Positions 1 through 12,300 of a stretch of 64,000 bases of DNA are shown piece after piece (within the stretch, counting starts at the first letter, position 1; each line of letters starts with the position of its first letter). The notes below the pieces were generated by a model, which worked only from the letters and a program-made list of their open reading frames with translations, did not search any database and had not been told where the DNA came from. The DNA lies in contig CDPCPM010000479.1 of assembly GCA_976551045.1 (NCBI GenBank), positions 868,001 through 932,000 on the forward strand, read 5' to 3'. Made by a program: the position numbers and the translations under genes. Source of the DNA: Glaucostegus cemiculus. Its lineage: Eukaryota.

Positions 1-66
1 AATGTTCAAGAATTTTTTGCAGTACAGCATAATGCAGATTAAATCAATAAATTCTTTGGCCTGCAG

Positions 67-199
67 CAGTCCCGTTCCTGCAGTCTTACCACCTCTACCA
101 CCCAAGAAGAGACAGTCTGCTCCCTCCCCAACCAGAGTGGCAGTGGTGCCTCCCATGAGCCGAGCTGCCAGCGGTTCCAGTATACCTAATGCCAAGCAG
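67..199 (+). CDS. RAPGEF1: RAPGEF1 coding exon (proline-rich motif PPLPPKKR; SAPSPTRVAVVPPMSRA)
   Basis: Acceptor ctgcag|cag (tandem alternative start at 70), donor cag|gtacgg. Resembles human SPPPALPPKKRQSAPSPTRVAVVAPMSRATSGSS. Starts phase 2, ends phase 0. Confidence 0.93.
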
Positions 200-988
200 G
201 TACGGGAAGTCTCTACATTTTGAGTGGTATTAGACCAGACGGAATAATTCGCACAGTTGCTGAAGAGCAATCATTGTATAATTAGTTGATGAAAGTATCC
301 AAGCCATAACAAGTGTGTGTTAGACATGCACAAAATTTGCTAGAATGACAGGAAAGTGAAGGGATCTAAAATTGTCTACTGAAACAAATCCTACAAGATA
401 TAACTTGTGAAATATGTTGATAAATAAAGGACTAATTTTATTTTCTTGGAGTTGGTGATGAGGTGTCACTGAATCAAAATTATGTCTATGATAAGGGTAT
501 GAGTTTAAGAGAAATCTCTTCACATTGGAGAGTCATTGCAGTTTGGTCTGCATGGCCACTAAGTGATTGAACCAAGGACACATTACAGGTTTTAACGGTG
601 CCATACAAGAGAAATTGGGACAAATGGGATTCCCTTGTGTTTCAAATGTCTGTTGATTTAAAGATGCATCATCCTTTTTAGGAGAGTAGATGGCTTACTG
701 TTACAGTCACTGGATAGAGTGTACCTTTGATTATGTCACAAAGACTTCTAATTTTTCATTTGTCTCATTCAAAGTAGTTGGTGCCCATAGTTCCCAAATT
801 ATGCCAAACTGGGTGTGATATCTTAATACAAAAAGATTTGGAAAATGTTCAAGCTTTTCATTTATAATTAAAGAACTGCAGTGATTATACTACATATAAA
901 GGAAAAAAATGTATTTGAATGTAAACTATTCTTGTATTTAAAGTGACAAAGATAATAGAAAAATAATTACTGTCTTGTGTATATATAG

Positions 989-1175
989 GAGTTTGACGGC
1001 TTGGATTGTTATTTGCAAAGGCGGCTGTCTGGTGGCAGCCACTCCTATAGTGGTGAATCACCAAGGGTATCTCCCTGTAACAGCATAGGAAAGCTGAGCA
1101 AATCGGATGAACAGCTGTCTTCACTGGACAATGATAGTGGACAGTGTTCACAGAACACAAGCTGTGAAACACTTG
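989..1175 (+). CDS. RAPGEF1: RAPGEF1 coding exon (EFDGLDCYLQRRLSGGSHSYSGESPR...SCETL)
   Basis: tatag| acceptor, g|gtaagc donor. Near-identical to the C3G segment RRLSGGSHSYGGESPRLSPCSSIGKLSKSDEQLSSLD. Phase 0 to 1. Confidence 0.96.
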
Positions 1176-1439
1176 GTAAGCCAGCATTGTTTTTTCCAAA
1201 ATTGAAGCATTGATGATTTTCTCACCCTTTCCATATAATGTATATTTTCCATTTAAAAGATATGGTACTTGTCTCCTACATCAGTTTACAGTTGCTTGAA
1301 GTGCGTATTGGTCTCTGGTGCAGTTGCTATTTGAAAGCATGTTGAAAGAAGTTCAGGTTGGGTCTCTCTGTTTGTTATTTATTTACCCAATCTCCACTTT
1401 CTCTCCCCACAGAAAAATGTTTGGAACTTATGGTGGTTT

Positions 1440-2960
1440 ATATTGCATAAATTCAATGATAATATAGAGTACAGGAAGGGAAATTGTTTCCAGAGGTGAC
1501 ATGTCAATAAAAATCAGATACAAATTTAAGGTTGGCAAAAGGATCAGAGGTGACACGGAAATTTTTGAACTTTGTGAGCTCTGACGAAAGTGCATTGCAT
1601 GAAAGTTTTAATAATAGAAATGGGGTTAAGTATTTGAAAAATCTACAGATTTATGGGTGTCGAACAAATGAGTTGAATTAGTTGGCTAACTCTCCCATAG
1701 AGTCAGCATAGGCACAATAATTTCTCCTGTCTTGGATAATTTTGATTCTTCTATGTCTATTTGAACATTGGAAGCACACATTAACATCAGCTATAATATA
1801 AGGTCAGAACTGGTGGATGAGGAGGGCAAGGACACTGGGAGGCAGAGTCTGGCTACCAGTCCAATCATGACGGACCCCAACTACTTATTGGGTTAGTTAT
1901 AATAAAACAGTCAGGGTTAGGTTAGATCTGGTCAGGATGATTTGCTTAGTAATACGCATGTGTCCTTCTACATGCAATGTAGCTTTGCTATTAATCAAGT
2001 GTATTTTCCATTTTCTCTAAATTCTCTTAGTGTGCATTGGCCCCAGATTGGCTCAGCTTCAGGTGATAGTTTAAAATTGGACCCAGTCAGACCTGGAGGG
2101 AGAGTAATTAGCAGAATGAATAACAAGCTACCTGCAAAGTATCAAATGCAAAGAAAGAGTTAAAACTAATTGTTCACTGGCAACAGGTTATATATAAGTT
2201 GTGTTCTATAGAAATGATGCTAGTCTGTAGTTCAAAATTTGTATGAAATAATTTGGACTTGAGAACTGGAAGTACAGTTTAAATTTGGTACTGGCATCAA
2301 TTTAGGAAGTAGAGTAAATAGTAAGAAAGACTGCAACAAAGTACACAACATAATTTGCACTCATTCAGCAAGTTTACTTAATTTCAACTTTAGATGATTG
2401 TAATGCAGATTTTTAAAAGTTTGCAAAGATGCAAGGTCTTTTTGGGGGTGAAATAAGTCCAAATTTGGTGAGAATATAGGAATCTCGGGTACAGATTCAC
2501 AAATTATTAAAACCATAAAAATGCAAACCAAGCACTAGAGTGTATTTCTAAAGAGATGAAATTTGGATTGAATCTAAGTTGGATCACACTTGGGAAGCAG
2601 AACGTTGACTTGGACTTTATTTACACCAGTAGGGTCTGGAGATGTTGATGAAAGTGCAAAAATAGATTCTCAAGAATTATGCCTTAACTGAGGGGTTATA
2701 AGGAAATATAGGACAAGCTAAGCTGAAAGATGATTTAATGAAAATCTTGACAATTACAAAAAGGATTTGACTGGACAGACAGGAAAATGTATCTGGATGT
2801 GGGGTCCAAACTAAGGATCCTAAAACAGTCATTAATAAATTCGATAGGAAATTTGGTAGGAACCTCTTTTACCAAGTGGTTATGATATTGAACTCAACAA
2901 TGTGTAATTGAGCAAAATAGCACGAATGCATTTAGGCAAAGTGACACAAGAAAACAATAG
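1440..2960 (+). mobile_element. Two highly decayed CR1-type LINE 3' fragments (about 1440-1740 and 2270-2960)
   Basis: Degenerate resemblance to the CR1 ORF2 C-terminus and 3' UTR seen in better-preserved copies in this window. Boundaries approximate. Confidence 0.4.
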
Positions 2961-3309
2961 AAAGCTATGCTCATCGGATTAAAATAGATGACAGAGTGGA
3001 TGCATGTTTGTATGGAGCAAAACAGAATCCATGTGGTTCATGTGAATTGCTGGTGTTGCTCATTAGTATATTACCTAGCAACATGTAAATTAGAGAGTGT
3101 GCAACAAATGATGAGGACACCAACATAATCATTCCTGAATGACAGTTAAGGTTGCAAGTACCTGTTTACAAATGATCCATTAGACATTTCTGTCTAGCAT
3201 TGATACACTTTGCTCAAGGTGATGCTCAACAATTGGGCATTATTCGTGTGTGAAAAGCTATGCTTAGACTTGCCCTCTTGCATCCTATTGTGTTCAAAAC
3301 ACAACAATG

Positions 3310-4270
3310 TGGTCATGCAGCACAGAAACATATCAGTAGGCACATTAATGCTCATGTCTCCAAGCACCCATCTATACTAATGCCAACACTTCGTCCGTAG
3401 CCTTCTGATTTTTAGCAATTGAAGTGCTTGCCTAGATGACTGTTATGAGAATCTCTGCCACCACATTCTCTGATCCCCTCTAAATGTTCTACTTAGCTTA
3501 AATCTTTGCCCTCCATCTTTAGATACCTAAGCTATGGGGTAATACTTGTGACATAGCCTTTCGATGCACCTCATAATTTTGTACACTTTAATCAGAGCTC
3601 TTTGTAGCCTCTGACATTCCAAGAAAATCAAACCTAGCCAATCCAGTCTCTTGAAAACTCCACCCCAGGCAATGTGGTGCTGAGTCTCCTCTGTATCCTC
3701 TCCAGTGCATTCGTATCCTTCCTACAATGTGGATCCCAGACTGCGCAGAGCACTCAAGCTATGGCCTAATGAATGTTTTATAAAGTTGTGCTATAACCTC
3801 CCTGCTCTTGTATTGTTTGCCTAATAAAGGCAGGTAGCTTCTATATACTGTCTACCTGTGCTGACACCCTCAGAGATCCTTGAACTTGTACAACAATGTC
3901 ACTCTACCTCATTATTCCCTCAAGCCCTACCATTCATTACGTATGTCTTGGTTTTACTGATTTTCCCAAAATGTATCACCTCAGTTATCAGGATTAAATT
4001 TCATCTGCCATTGCTTGGCCTGTTTTACCAATCGATTGATAATGTCCTTGGACTACACTCTGCACCATCAATAATGCCAATTTTCTTGTCACCTCCAAAG
4101 TTTTTAGTCATATCTCCTACATTCACTTCCAAATCAGGAAGCACGCCAACACTGATCACAAGGGTACACCACTGGTCATAGGCTTCCATTCACAAACCCA
4201 CCTTTGACCATCACCCTCTGCCTCTTATTAACTAGTCAATTTTGGATCCGATTTGCTTTGGATCCCAAAT
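3310..4270 (-). mobile_element. Decayed CR1-type LINE 3' portion
   Basis: Begins with a cagcacagaaaca tail and follows the same motif order as the 17215-18340 element (e.g. tcctttctacaatgtgg-like, actggtcataggcttcc). Confidence 0.7.
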
Positions 4271-4512
4271 ATCTCCATCTCCAACTAAGGCATGTAAGTT
4301 TAAATAAAGGGGTCTTTGGTATTTGAGAAGGTAACCTTTGCTGAAATTAGGGGTTACTCTGCATGCTCTGCTAAAAGGCTGTCTGCCTTCAATTAATATT
4401 GCTGCTGAATCAATTATTTATTTGCAAGAGGTTTCTGCTACCAAGTTAAGAAATATCTGTGTGGCTAAGTACATTTCATCCCTGTTGATTAATTTTCAAT
4501 TTTTCTTTTCAG

Positions 4513-5022
4513 ATAATCCAGAAAATTATGATCCTGATTATGACTTCTTGCATCAGGATCTTTCGAACTCTGATCAAAATTCGCAGCACCTTTCAGGCAT
4601 GCTAAGCCCACTACCAGAGTCAGCAGTAGAGTCCAGTTCACCTCTTCCTGGGCAGACATTTACTTCACAGTTTTGTACTTCACAAGCAGTGCCTGACTGG
4701 CGGCTGGGGCCACAGACTGGTGTTTCACCTATGCAAATACCACCAGCATTACCGGAGAAGAAACGTAGGAGTGCTGCTTCATCAGACAGTTCAGGATCCA
4801 GGGTTTCGTATGAAAGGTTTCCTTCACAATATGACAATATTTCTGAGGAGGAAATGCAGAACTCTGCATTGTCAACGGTTCAATATCCTCCATTTGCTGT
4901 AGTTTCACCAAGGCAACAAGGAATTCCATCAATGTCAGTTGGATTCCAAGATATTGATATTCCAGAAATGGCAGGAGTACCTGAGAAACCACCTCCACTC
5001 CCAGAAAAAAAAGCCAGGCACA
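4513..5022 (+). CDS. RAPGEF1: RAPGEF1 coding exon (YDPDYDFL, PPALPEKKRR, SQYDNIS, PPPLPEKK)
   Basis: ttttcag| acceptor, a|gtgagt donor. Two Crk-SH3-binding motifs and the Tyr504-equivalent SQYDNIS. Phase 1 to 1. Confidence 0.96.
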
Positions 5023-6059
5023 GTGAGTATTTACCTCTGCAACGTATAAATGTTGGCATTTTTTTGTTAAAGTATAAGGCGTTCTGCTAGAGTGAATATG
5101 TGATGTACATTTAACTTTCTCTGCTTATGGATTATTTTTCACGGGTGACATGTTTTAATGTGACATGGGTCCAGTGTTCCTTTACCAATCACCTCAAATT
5201 GTTCCTTTTACTATAGGCAGTTTTGTCCAAGGTGTAACAGTCTTTTTTTTCCCCCAAAACTTAACCTACAAATTCCAAACATGCAGCTCTTTGGAAGGAT
5301 GAATTCTGTAATTGTACTGTTGGGTTTTCCTTCCTCAGTTCATATGCATGGAGTATAAGAAGTTCATTCAGGATTTTCACTAAGATCATGGTTATAACAT
5401 AAAATGTAAATATTTTACTATGATATGGCAATGTCATTATATGACTGATGTTCTACAGGTAAATTATCACAACAGTGACTGTTGGCTACATCAGTAATGA
5501 CATTGGTGTAAATTAGAATGGCATTTATTCAACAGGAGAGGGCCCTTTGGATGAAAAAAAATCTAGTGGGTTGTGTGTCTCGAGTGTATTCGGTATCCAA
5601 GCCCAGATCTTATAATAATCACTGCATTGTCATCTCGAATTGGTATCTGGATCTTTCAAATACCAAAGCACATGATTACAAGGTTGTAACATATCTTTTT
5701 TTCCCATACTATTTACCTGTTGCTGCTTGACTTTATAAATGGAATCTCTATATGTAATAAAAAAGCTGACTGAGTCACTTCTCTATCACTGTAAGAAAAA
5801 GGAAGTTTGTGATTCCTGGAACAAATCTGTAGATGGTTCTGCCTAATTTGTTTTCTCCTTCTAAAATTAGGTCATATAGAAATCAAGTGATGGGTGTTTT
5901 CCTTTCCATGTGAAGTGCCCTTTGTAACACAAGTTAAGAAAAGAAGCAGAGCACAGATGCTTGGTTATTGCTTTACTTTTTGGTTACAGTTTGGTTAAGT
6001 GGACCAATCAAATGCTGTGGTTGGTTAACAAGAATTGTTCAGAGGCTGGGTAACATGTA

Positions 6060-6340
6060 GTGAGTGATTTGTCTCCTGACATCTCAAGATCTTCCCATCA
6101 CATAGAAGGCAGGAGTGTGATGGAATACTCTCCACTTTCCTGGATGTGTGCAGCTTGACAATATCTAGGACAAGATAATCTGCTTGGTTGGCACCCCATT
6201 ACTCTTAAGTATTCATTCCCTCCACCACTGACCCACATTGGCAGCAATGTATAACGTATGCACTGCAGTTACTCATCAAACCCACTTTGACAGCATGTCC
6301 AGGCCTAGTAATCACTATCATTACAAAGTGCAAGTTCAGT
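6060..6340 (+). mobile_element. LINE RT C-terminal fragment (same family as 54790-55830)
   Basis: aaggcaggagtgtgatggaatactctccactttcctggatg encodes a K(A)..SVMEYSPL.W-like motif, resembling the minus-strand ORF 54836-55225 (ICKAQVRITEYSP). Confidence 0.55.
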
Positions 6341-9300
6341 AAGCACACCATTTGCTACTATCAATGTTCCTCAAACATGGGTGTGTTCTGGCTGCAGGCT
6401 TTCTTTGACCATTTCTGGTACAACACTGAGATTGTCTTTTATGTTCATTTGCCTTGAACAATCCATTAGCCTTAACTGCTGTCATAATTTTCCAAGCTGA
6501 TCAAGAAATTTTAAGCCAACTCTCAATTGTCCTGAGTGGAAAGTAGCTAAAAAGTGGCGAAAAGAATAAAGCCTCTTTTGAAGGTTTGCAGAGAATGCCT
6601 CTGCAGTGTCGCCACTTGATATAGTTGTCTGTTTAGTATCTAAAGTGAAGTTAGCTTTTGACTTGGAACACTTCCATGAAGTACATATGGGTCTCCTGAC
6701 TTAACATACTTTTAGGCATTTTGGCGTGCGTGTGTTTGTGTGTGGTATTTTTGCATTTTGAATATATCCGTGAACGTATAAGTTCTGGCTAATTATTTTA
6801 GACTTAACTCTATGCAAGCAGAAACTCAAAGCTTAAGGATGAAGTTCTGGCTGACTGAAGAAATGAAGCTGCTGGCACTGAATTGTGACTGGTGTCAGAT
6901 GTTTGCAGTTGGCAGGAAAACCAGTTCATAAGGCAAAGATCCTGAATATTTTGCTCTTTAAAATTCAAAGCTTTTCCAAAGTTAATGCAAAGATAACCCT
7001 TCCTAAAAGAAATGATTGCTGAGAAATGTGGATAACTTCAAATAGTTTTTCTTAGAATTTACCACAATGAGTATTTAAATTAATGTTTTTTGTTGTGTGT
7101 GGTGGTGTGGGCTGTGTGCAAGTTTGTAGGTGTCAGTAAATGATTGAACAAATGAGCCTCAAAAAGAAACTCCTTATATTCACTCCCCTTAACCATCTTG
7201 GATGATCATTACACATTAACCTGAAATATACATCTTGCAGGAAGCTTTGCTGTAATCCATCCAGTATTTAGCTTGTTACTGTCTTTACCTTTCGGTAAAA
7301 CTTCTATCAGTTTTGCTATCATGATACTGAACTGGCCTACCAATGATGCAATGGGGTTGATGTTCAAAATATGGATTTTTCAGAAAACGTGCTTCAAATC
7401 AGCTACATCTCAATGAAAATATTATTTTTTATTATTTTCCCACCTGAATAAGTGACAGGAATTGAAGATTAGTAAGGTACTGGTATATCTTTTGATAAAA
7501 TATAAGAACTTAAGTGGGGATGAGAAATAATACATAGAATAGGATCAAAATAGCAACTGAAGACTACTTGTTTAAAATTGTTTCTTTTAAATTTAATTTT
7601 AAATTTAACCAACTATGGAAAATGGCCTCTTATCTGGCACACTAATTTCAGTAAGACCAGAGTAAATGAAAAATAAAGCTATTATTCGCATCAGTTTGGA
7701 TTTTAAAAAAATCTTATGAAATCTTAACATTTTAGGACGTGTAGTGCAGAAGCATATCTTAGATCAAGGATGAAAGTAATGATGATTCTCGAGGCATAAG
7801 GCACATAATGTGCGTGCTCTTAATATCTTGGGTAATATTCATCATTTCTGGCAAAATGTTCCATTTTTGTTTTGCTGCTGAATACTGAATTCAGTTTTTA
7901 AAAATTGCATGATCGCACACAACAGGCCATTTCACAAAACCAATACAAAATCCATCATGCGTGTCAAAGTTGCTTACTCCTTCTAAAGGTTGAGGACTTG
8001 CATACTTGATACAGGCTGGCAATTTAGTGAAGTACTGAGGAATTACTATGAGCTCTATTTTCTCATGGATAAGCTGTTACAGTGGGGATGTACGCTCTGG
8101 TTGTTCCCATAACCTGGTGGGGGGGTGGGTGCTGGTGGTTATTGTCTTTATCCTGCCCAAGCACTTCTTCCTAAGCCAACACCACCAAAGTGTGGTCATT
8201 GATATCATTTGACATTTGACAAATCTTGTATGTAAAATTTGGCTGCTGTTTTTAGCTGCTTAACAGGACCTAATTTAGTAATCATTTGTTGTGAAACATT
8301 TGATACATCCCAAGGATGTGATTATGTGTTTCATAAATATTTTTCCCATCAAGTTTTAACTTTTTGTATGAAATGATCGAAACTTCCTGACCATTGTTTG
8401 CTTCATTCTTTACAGTTGGAATCCTCCAGTTTTTATGATATGGGCCACTCTATAGCACATAACAATCTTCAGCCAAAAGGGCTGGCTGATGGAGATGATC
8501 TTTTCAATATTGTTTTAAAATTATCAGAAAAAGACTCTTAAAATCTATCTTCTCCATGCAGGCTTTCCCAGCTTTGCCTTTTGCAATTGGACATGGATAT
8601 ATACCAATGACCTTTCATTTAGCAAGTCATGCAAAGTATGTTGGAGCTCCAAAAATGCTTCACTATCCTACTAGCTTTGTAGCATCATATGTTACAAATA
8701 ACTCAGATAACTCTAACACAAAATCTTTCAGTAGTGTAATGAGCTTTCTTATGTGCTGTAATTTTAGTAACTTTTTTAAAATACTTTTTCAGGGGGAAAC
8801 TTTTTAGGTATCCCCAGTAGTTACCCTGCCCCATGTTTTAAATGCTTTTCTCTTTAGCGCTAAATTTTCTGAATGTACTGTGCAATACATCCGAAGCCAT
8901 TTCCACTGCTATGAGTTTTGTGCAGCTGGTTGTCTTGTGATTCCTGGCAAGGTTTGTTCTGATCACATAGTAGAGGTTGGAGAGAAATTATTTAGAGTAA
9001 AGTCAGCTTTCTCTGTATAGGCAATTTCAGCTTTTCATGGTTTAGTCTGTGAAAGATCATTGTAATATTCCTGCCTTCTATCATTGAAACATATAGTATG
9101 TTGGAGTTCCTAAATGCTGCAATACTGTGATTCCTGGCAAGTTTTTCCATTGAGTTTGGTAAACTGACTTCAGCTCACGAACTGAAAATTAAGTCCAAAT
9201 CCTCATCCTCACTATTCAAATCCAAATCCTCATTATTTGAAATAATTGGTTCACTTTAAATGTGTAATGTCTAGGGAGCTTACATCTTTGTTGTCTATTG

Positions 9301-12300
9301 AGCATACAAGGTGTTGTCATTGGTTTAAGGAATGGTGCTGATTTATTCTCAAGTTAGCTTGCTTCATGTGTAAAACTAGAACCATATATTGAAGTAACAC
9401 AATTCTCCTTTCACTGTTTCATGGCTTGCACAAAATTGATGTCTTGTAAATTGGCTGTGGGTTTTCTTTGAATCCAAGTGGTATTGAACAAAGAACTATG
9501 CATCTAGTTTTGTCCAGTTCCTTACGGAAAGTTACATCAATTTTATCTGGTCCAGTGTATATAAAAATGGCAGAATACGGATCACCTTTCTTCATTCGTG
9601 TTAATTTGTGGAAAAAAGATTAAATGAATTGGGTTTTAACTTCCAGGATACAATATTATAATCCCTTTAACACCTTTGATGTCATTTGTTCTAAAAAAAA
9701 GTAAATTATTTCAGGAAATTTCCATTATTTTGTTTGATACTTTACATGCCAATATGGAAGCATGTTATGCTGAAAGCAGCAAATGTGTCGGGAATTTGCA
9801 CTCATGCCAATTGGAAAATAGTGTCAGTTGAATAAACATTAGAAAAAAATTAGGTAGCTGGTGTAGCATTCAGCTGTGGCCTAGGAGGCCCTGGATTCTC
9901 TCCCTTGGCTCTGCTGAATTGATATTTGCAATTTGATGCTGCAACCATTGGTTGAGGAGAGAAAAATTTGCCAGTAGTTTTCTTTCCTGACTGCTTTCTC
10001 TCATAGGGATATTTGAGAAGTATATGCAGATGACGGATGCAGTTAGTAATTAATTTAGTTTTGGGAAATATGTTCTAAAGCATTCCATGTGTATTTTGAA
10101 AGGTGATTATGAAGCAGTAAGAAACTGAAACAGGCTTGGAAAATGGGGAAAGAATAACTTGGATCAATTTATATCAGTCCCTGGAAATTTGCCTATTTGA
10201 CTGAAATGAAACTCTGAGGGAAGTGAAAATGAGCATGTCTTCCAGCACTGCCAGTCAGCAAGGAAGTAGTATCGATCAGTGTTGTGGAGAATTTACTGGT
10301 CCAGTTTGTCCAAAGCTCCTAACTGGCAAAAAGCAATGTGATGTGACAGTGTGAACCCCCTAACCCAAAGGTAAATGATTCAGTAAAATAAACTAGTATA
10401 TTCGCTAGAATGGATGACAAGGCAATGGGATTAATTTTCCTTCTATGTTCCCCACACAAGTAACCTCAGCAAACCAATTAAAAGTGGATTTATAGATCTT
10501 TACCAAATGCCAATGATGAGTCAAATTAAGATGCATCTTCTGCTTTGGATGTACTATGATGAGCATGGGCATAAGTGCTGCTTTTGTTTTAATGTGACTC
10601 TTGGTTTTAAATGGCTCTTTGAGGGTTACAAATGAAGTTCTAGGAAAATTAATCAACCTATTTAGTGGGGAAGGAAGTTGCTATTTATTATGATTTCAGA
10701 GGATGATATGGTTGAGGCTGAAAATTACTGTTTCTGTGCAGAATTACTTTGAAATATATTGCATTTTGTAGAGTATTTCCTAAATTCATTTTTATAATGA
10801 GTAATTCTACTGTTATTTTAATATGAAGTTCTGTAGTCCAAGATTGAAAATGTACTGAATTAAAAGTTGCTTTTCATTTTCAACACCTTCAACGCGATTA
10901 AAAAGTTCTCTGGAGCATAATTAAGCAAACTAAACTAAATAAGCAAGTGATTAAAATTGTTCCAAATATTAAAGGGATCAAGTGATAAGAATGCAGAATA
11001 GATCATTATAGGTTACATTTCAATCTTTTTAAAGTATAATTTACAGGCCTATACCAGCGAATTAATTAGCACCACTGATCACAGGTTGATTGCATAATAC
11101 AAGCAGATGCCTGATGATCTGTCTTGACCACACTGAGGATATGATTTCATTGTTTCTGGCGAATGGTGTCATCTTTTCAATGGTTTATTCAGTAAAGCAG
11201 TCTTTTTTCCCTTAAAGAAACTACAACTCCAGCCAATGCTAGAATTACCAGTTCTGGAAGTTTAATATTCCTGGGAGCTTAGGTGGTGAGATGTGATTGT
11301 TTGAAAAAAACACAAAACATTTATACCACTTGATATTTGGAATTACTTTAGAAAGTCAATATTTATGTGTATTACATCCTCCAATGTTGTTCTTGCAGTC
11401 CTCACTTTGCATTAGTTAACTGGCCAGACACTTGTATTTTAAAATTTAAGTTACTGATGAATTTAGTCTTGATAGGTGATGTATTTAAACTTTTAATTGT
11501 GCTTTTACAAATGACCTTATAAATCTTTTGCATAATGGAATAAATGTGCTTTAACTGATTTGTATAGTTCAAAAATATTATACTGTAAATTATTTGTTTA
11601 TCACTTTCTACATGGAAAAACATCTAAAATGCTTCATAAATACAATTAGGTGGATGTGTTACCTAAAAGCTCAGTGAGAGATGCTTTTGAGGTGGATGGA
11701 TGCTTAAATTTGGTGAGCTAAGCTTTTACTTGCTATCTCCTCCCTTGCCTTTCAGCAGACTATCCATTGTTTCCATAAGCTCTTTAGTGTTTACTGTCCA
11801 GAATATGCCCTGTAACCCCTTACCAAGGATACACAGCATTTCCTAAATCCTTGACCTCCGCCGCCATGGACACCCAGCATCTGGCAACATCATTACCTTA
11901 AATTTCAACACCATTCCAACTTGGATATCAGTATTACTTCATTAAGATTCACTATAGAAGTCCTTTGCATTGAAGGCAATAGTTCAAGAGGTTGGCTCAC
12001 AACTTTCTTTAGCATGTTTTGGGATAAAGAATAAAATCCTGGTTTTATTAGAATAGCTCCTAGCCTGAGAATTAACTTTAATGCTTTATGATCTGTGCTT
12101 TAAAATCTAGATTAAACATTTATATGCATCAACAGTTGTCGTTTGAAATACTCTGCATTTCAGTTTCATTGCATATTAATGGGGCCAATTTAAAAAGTGA
12201 AAGTAACTGCATTGGCAGAAGAATAATCCCCTAAATTCCTATACATTATTGCTTTTGTTTTCCTGTTTTGGAGATCACTGGATATTAGCGTGAGAATTCT

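Noticed and set aside
8416-8541. Acceptor-like site (ctttacag|) followed by a short open frame
   Set aside because: The surrounding intron is phase 1, and that phase hits TGA within a few codons. No clear donor and no C3G similarity.
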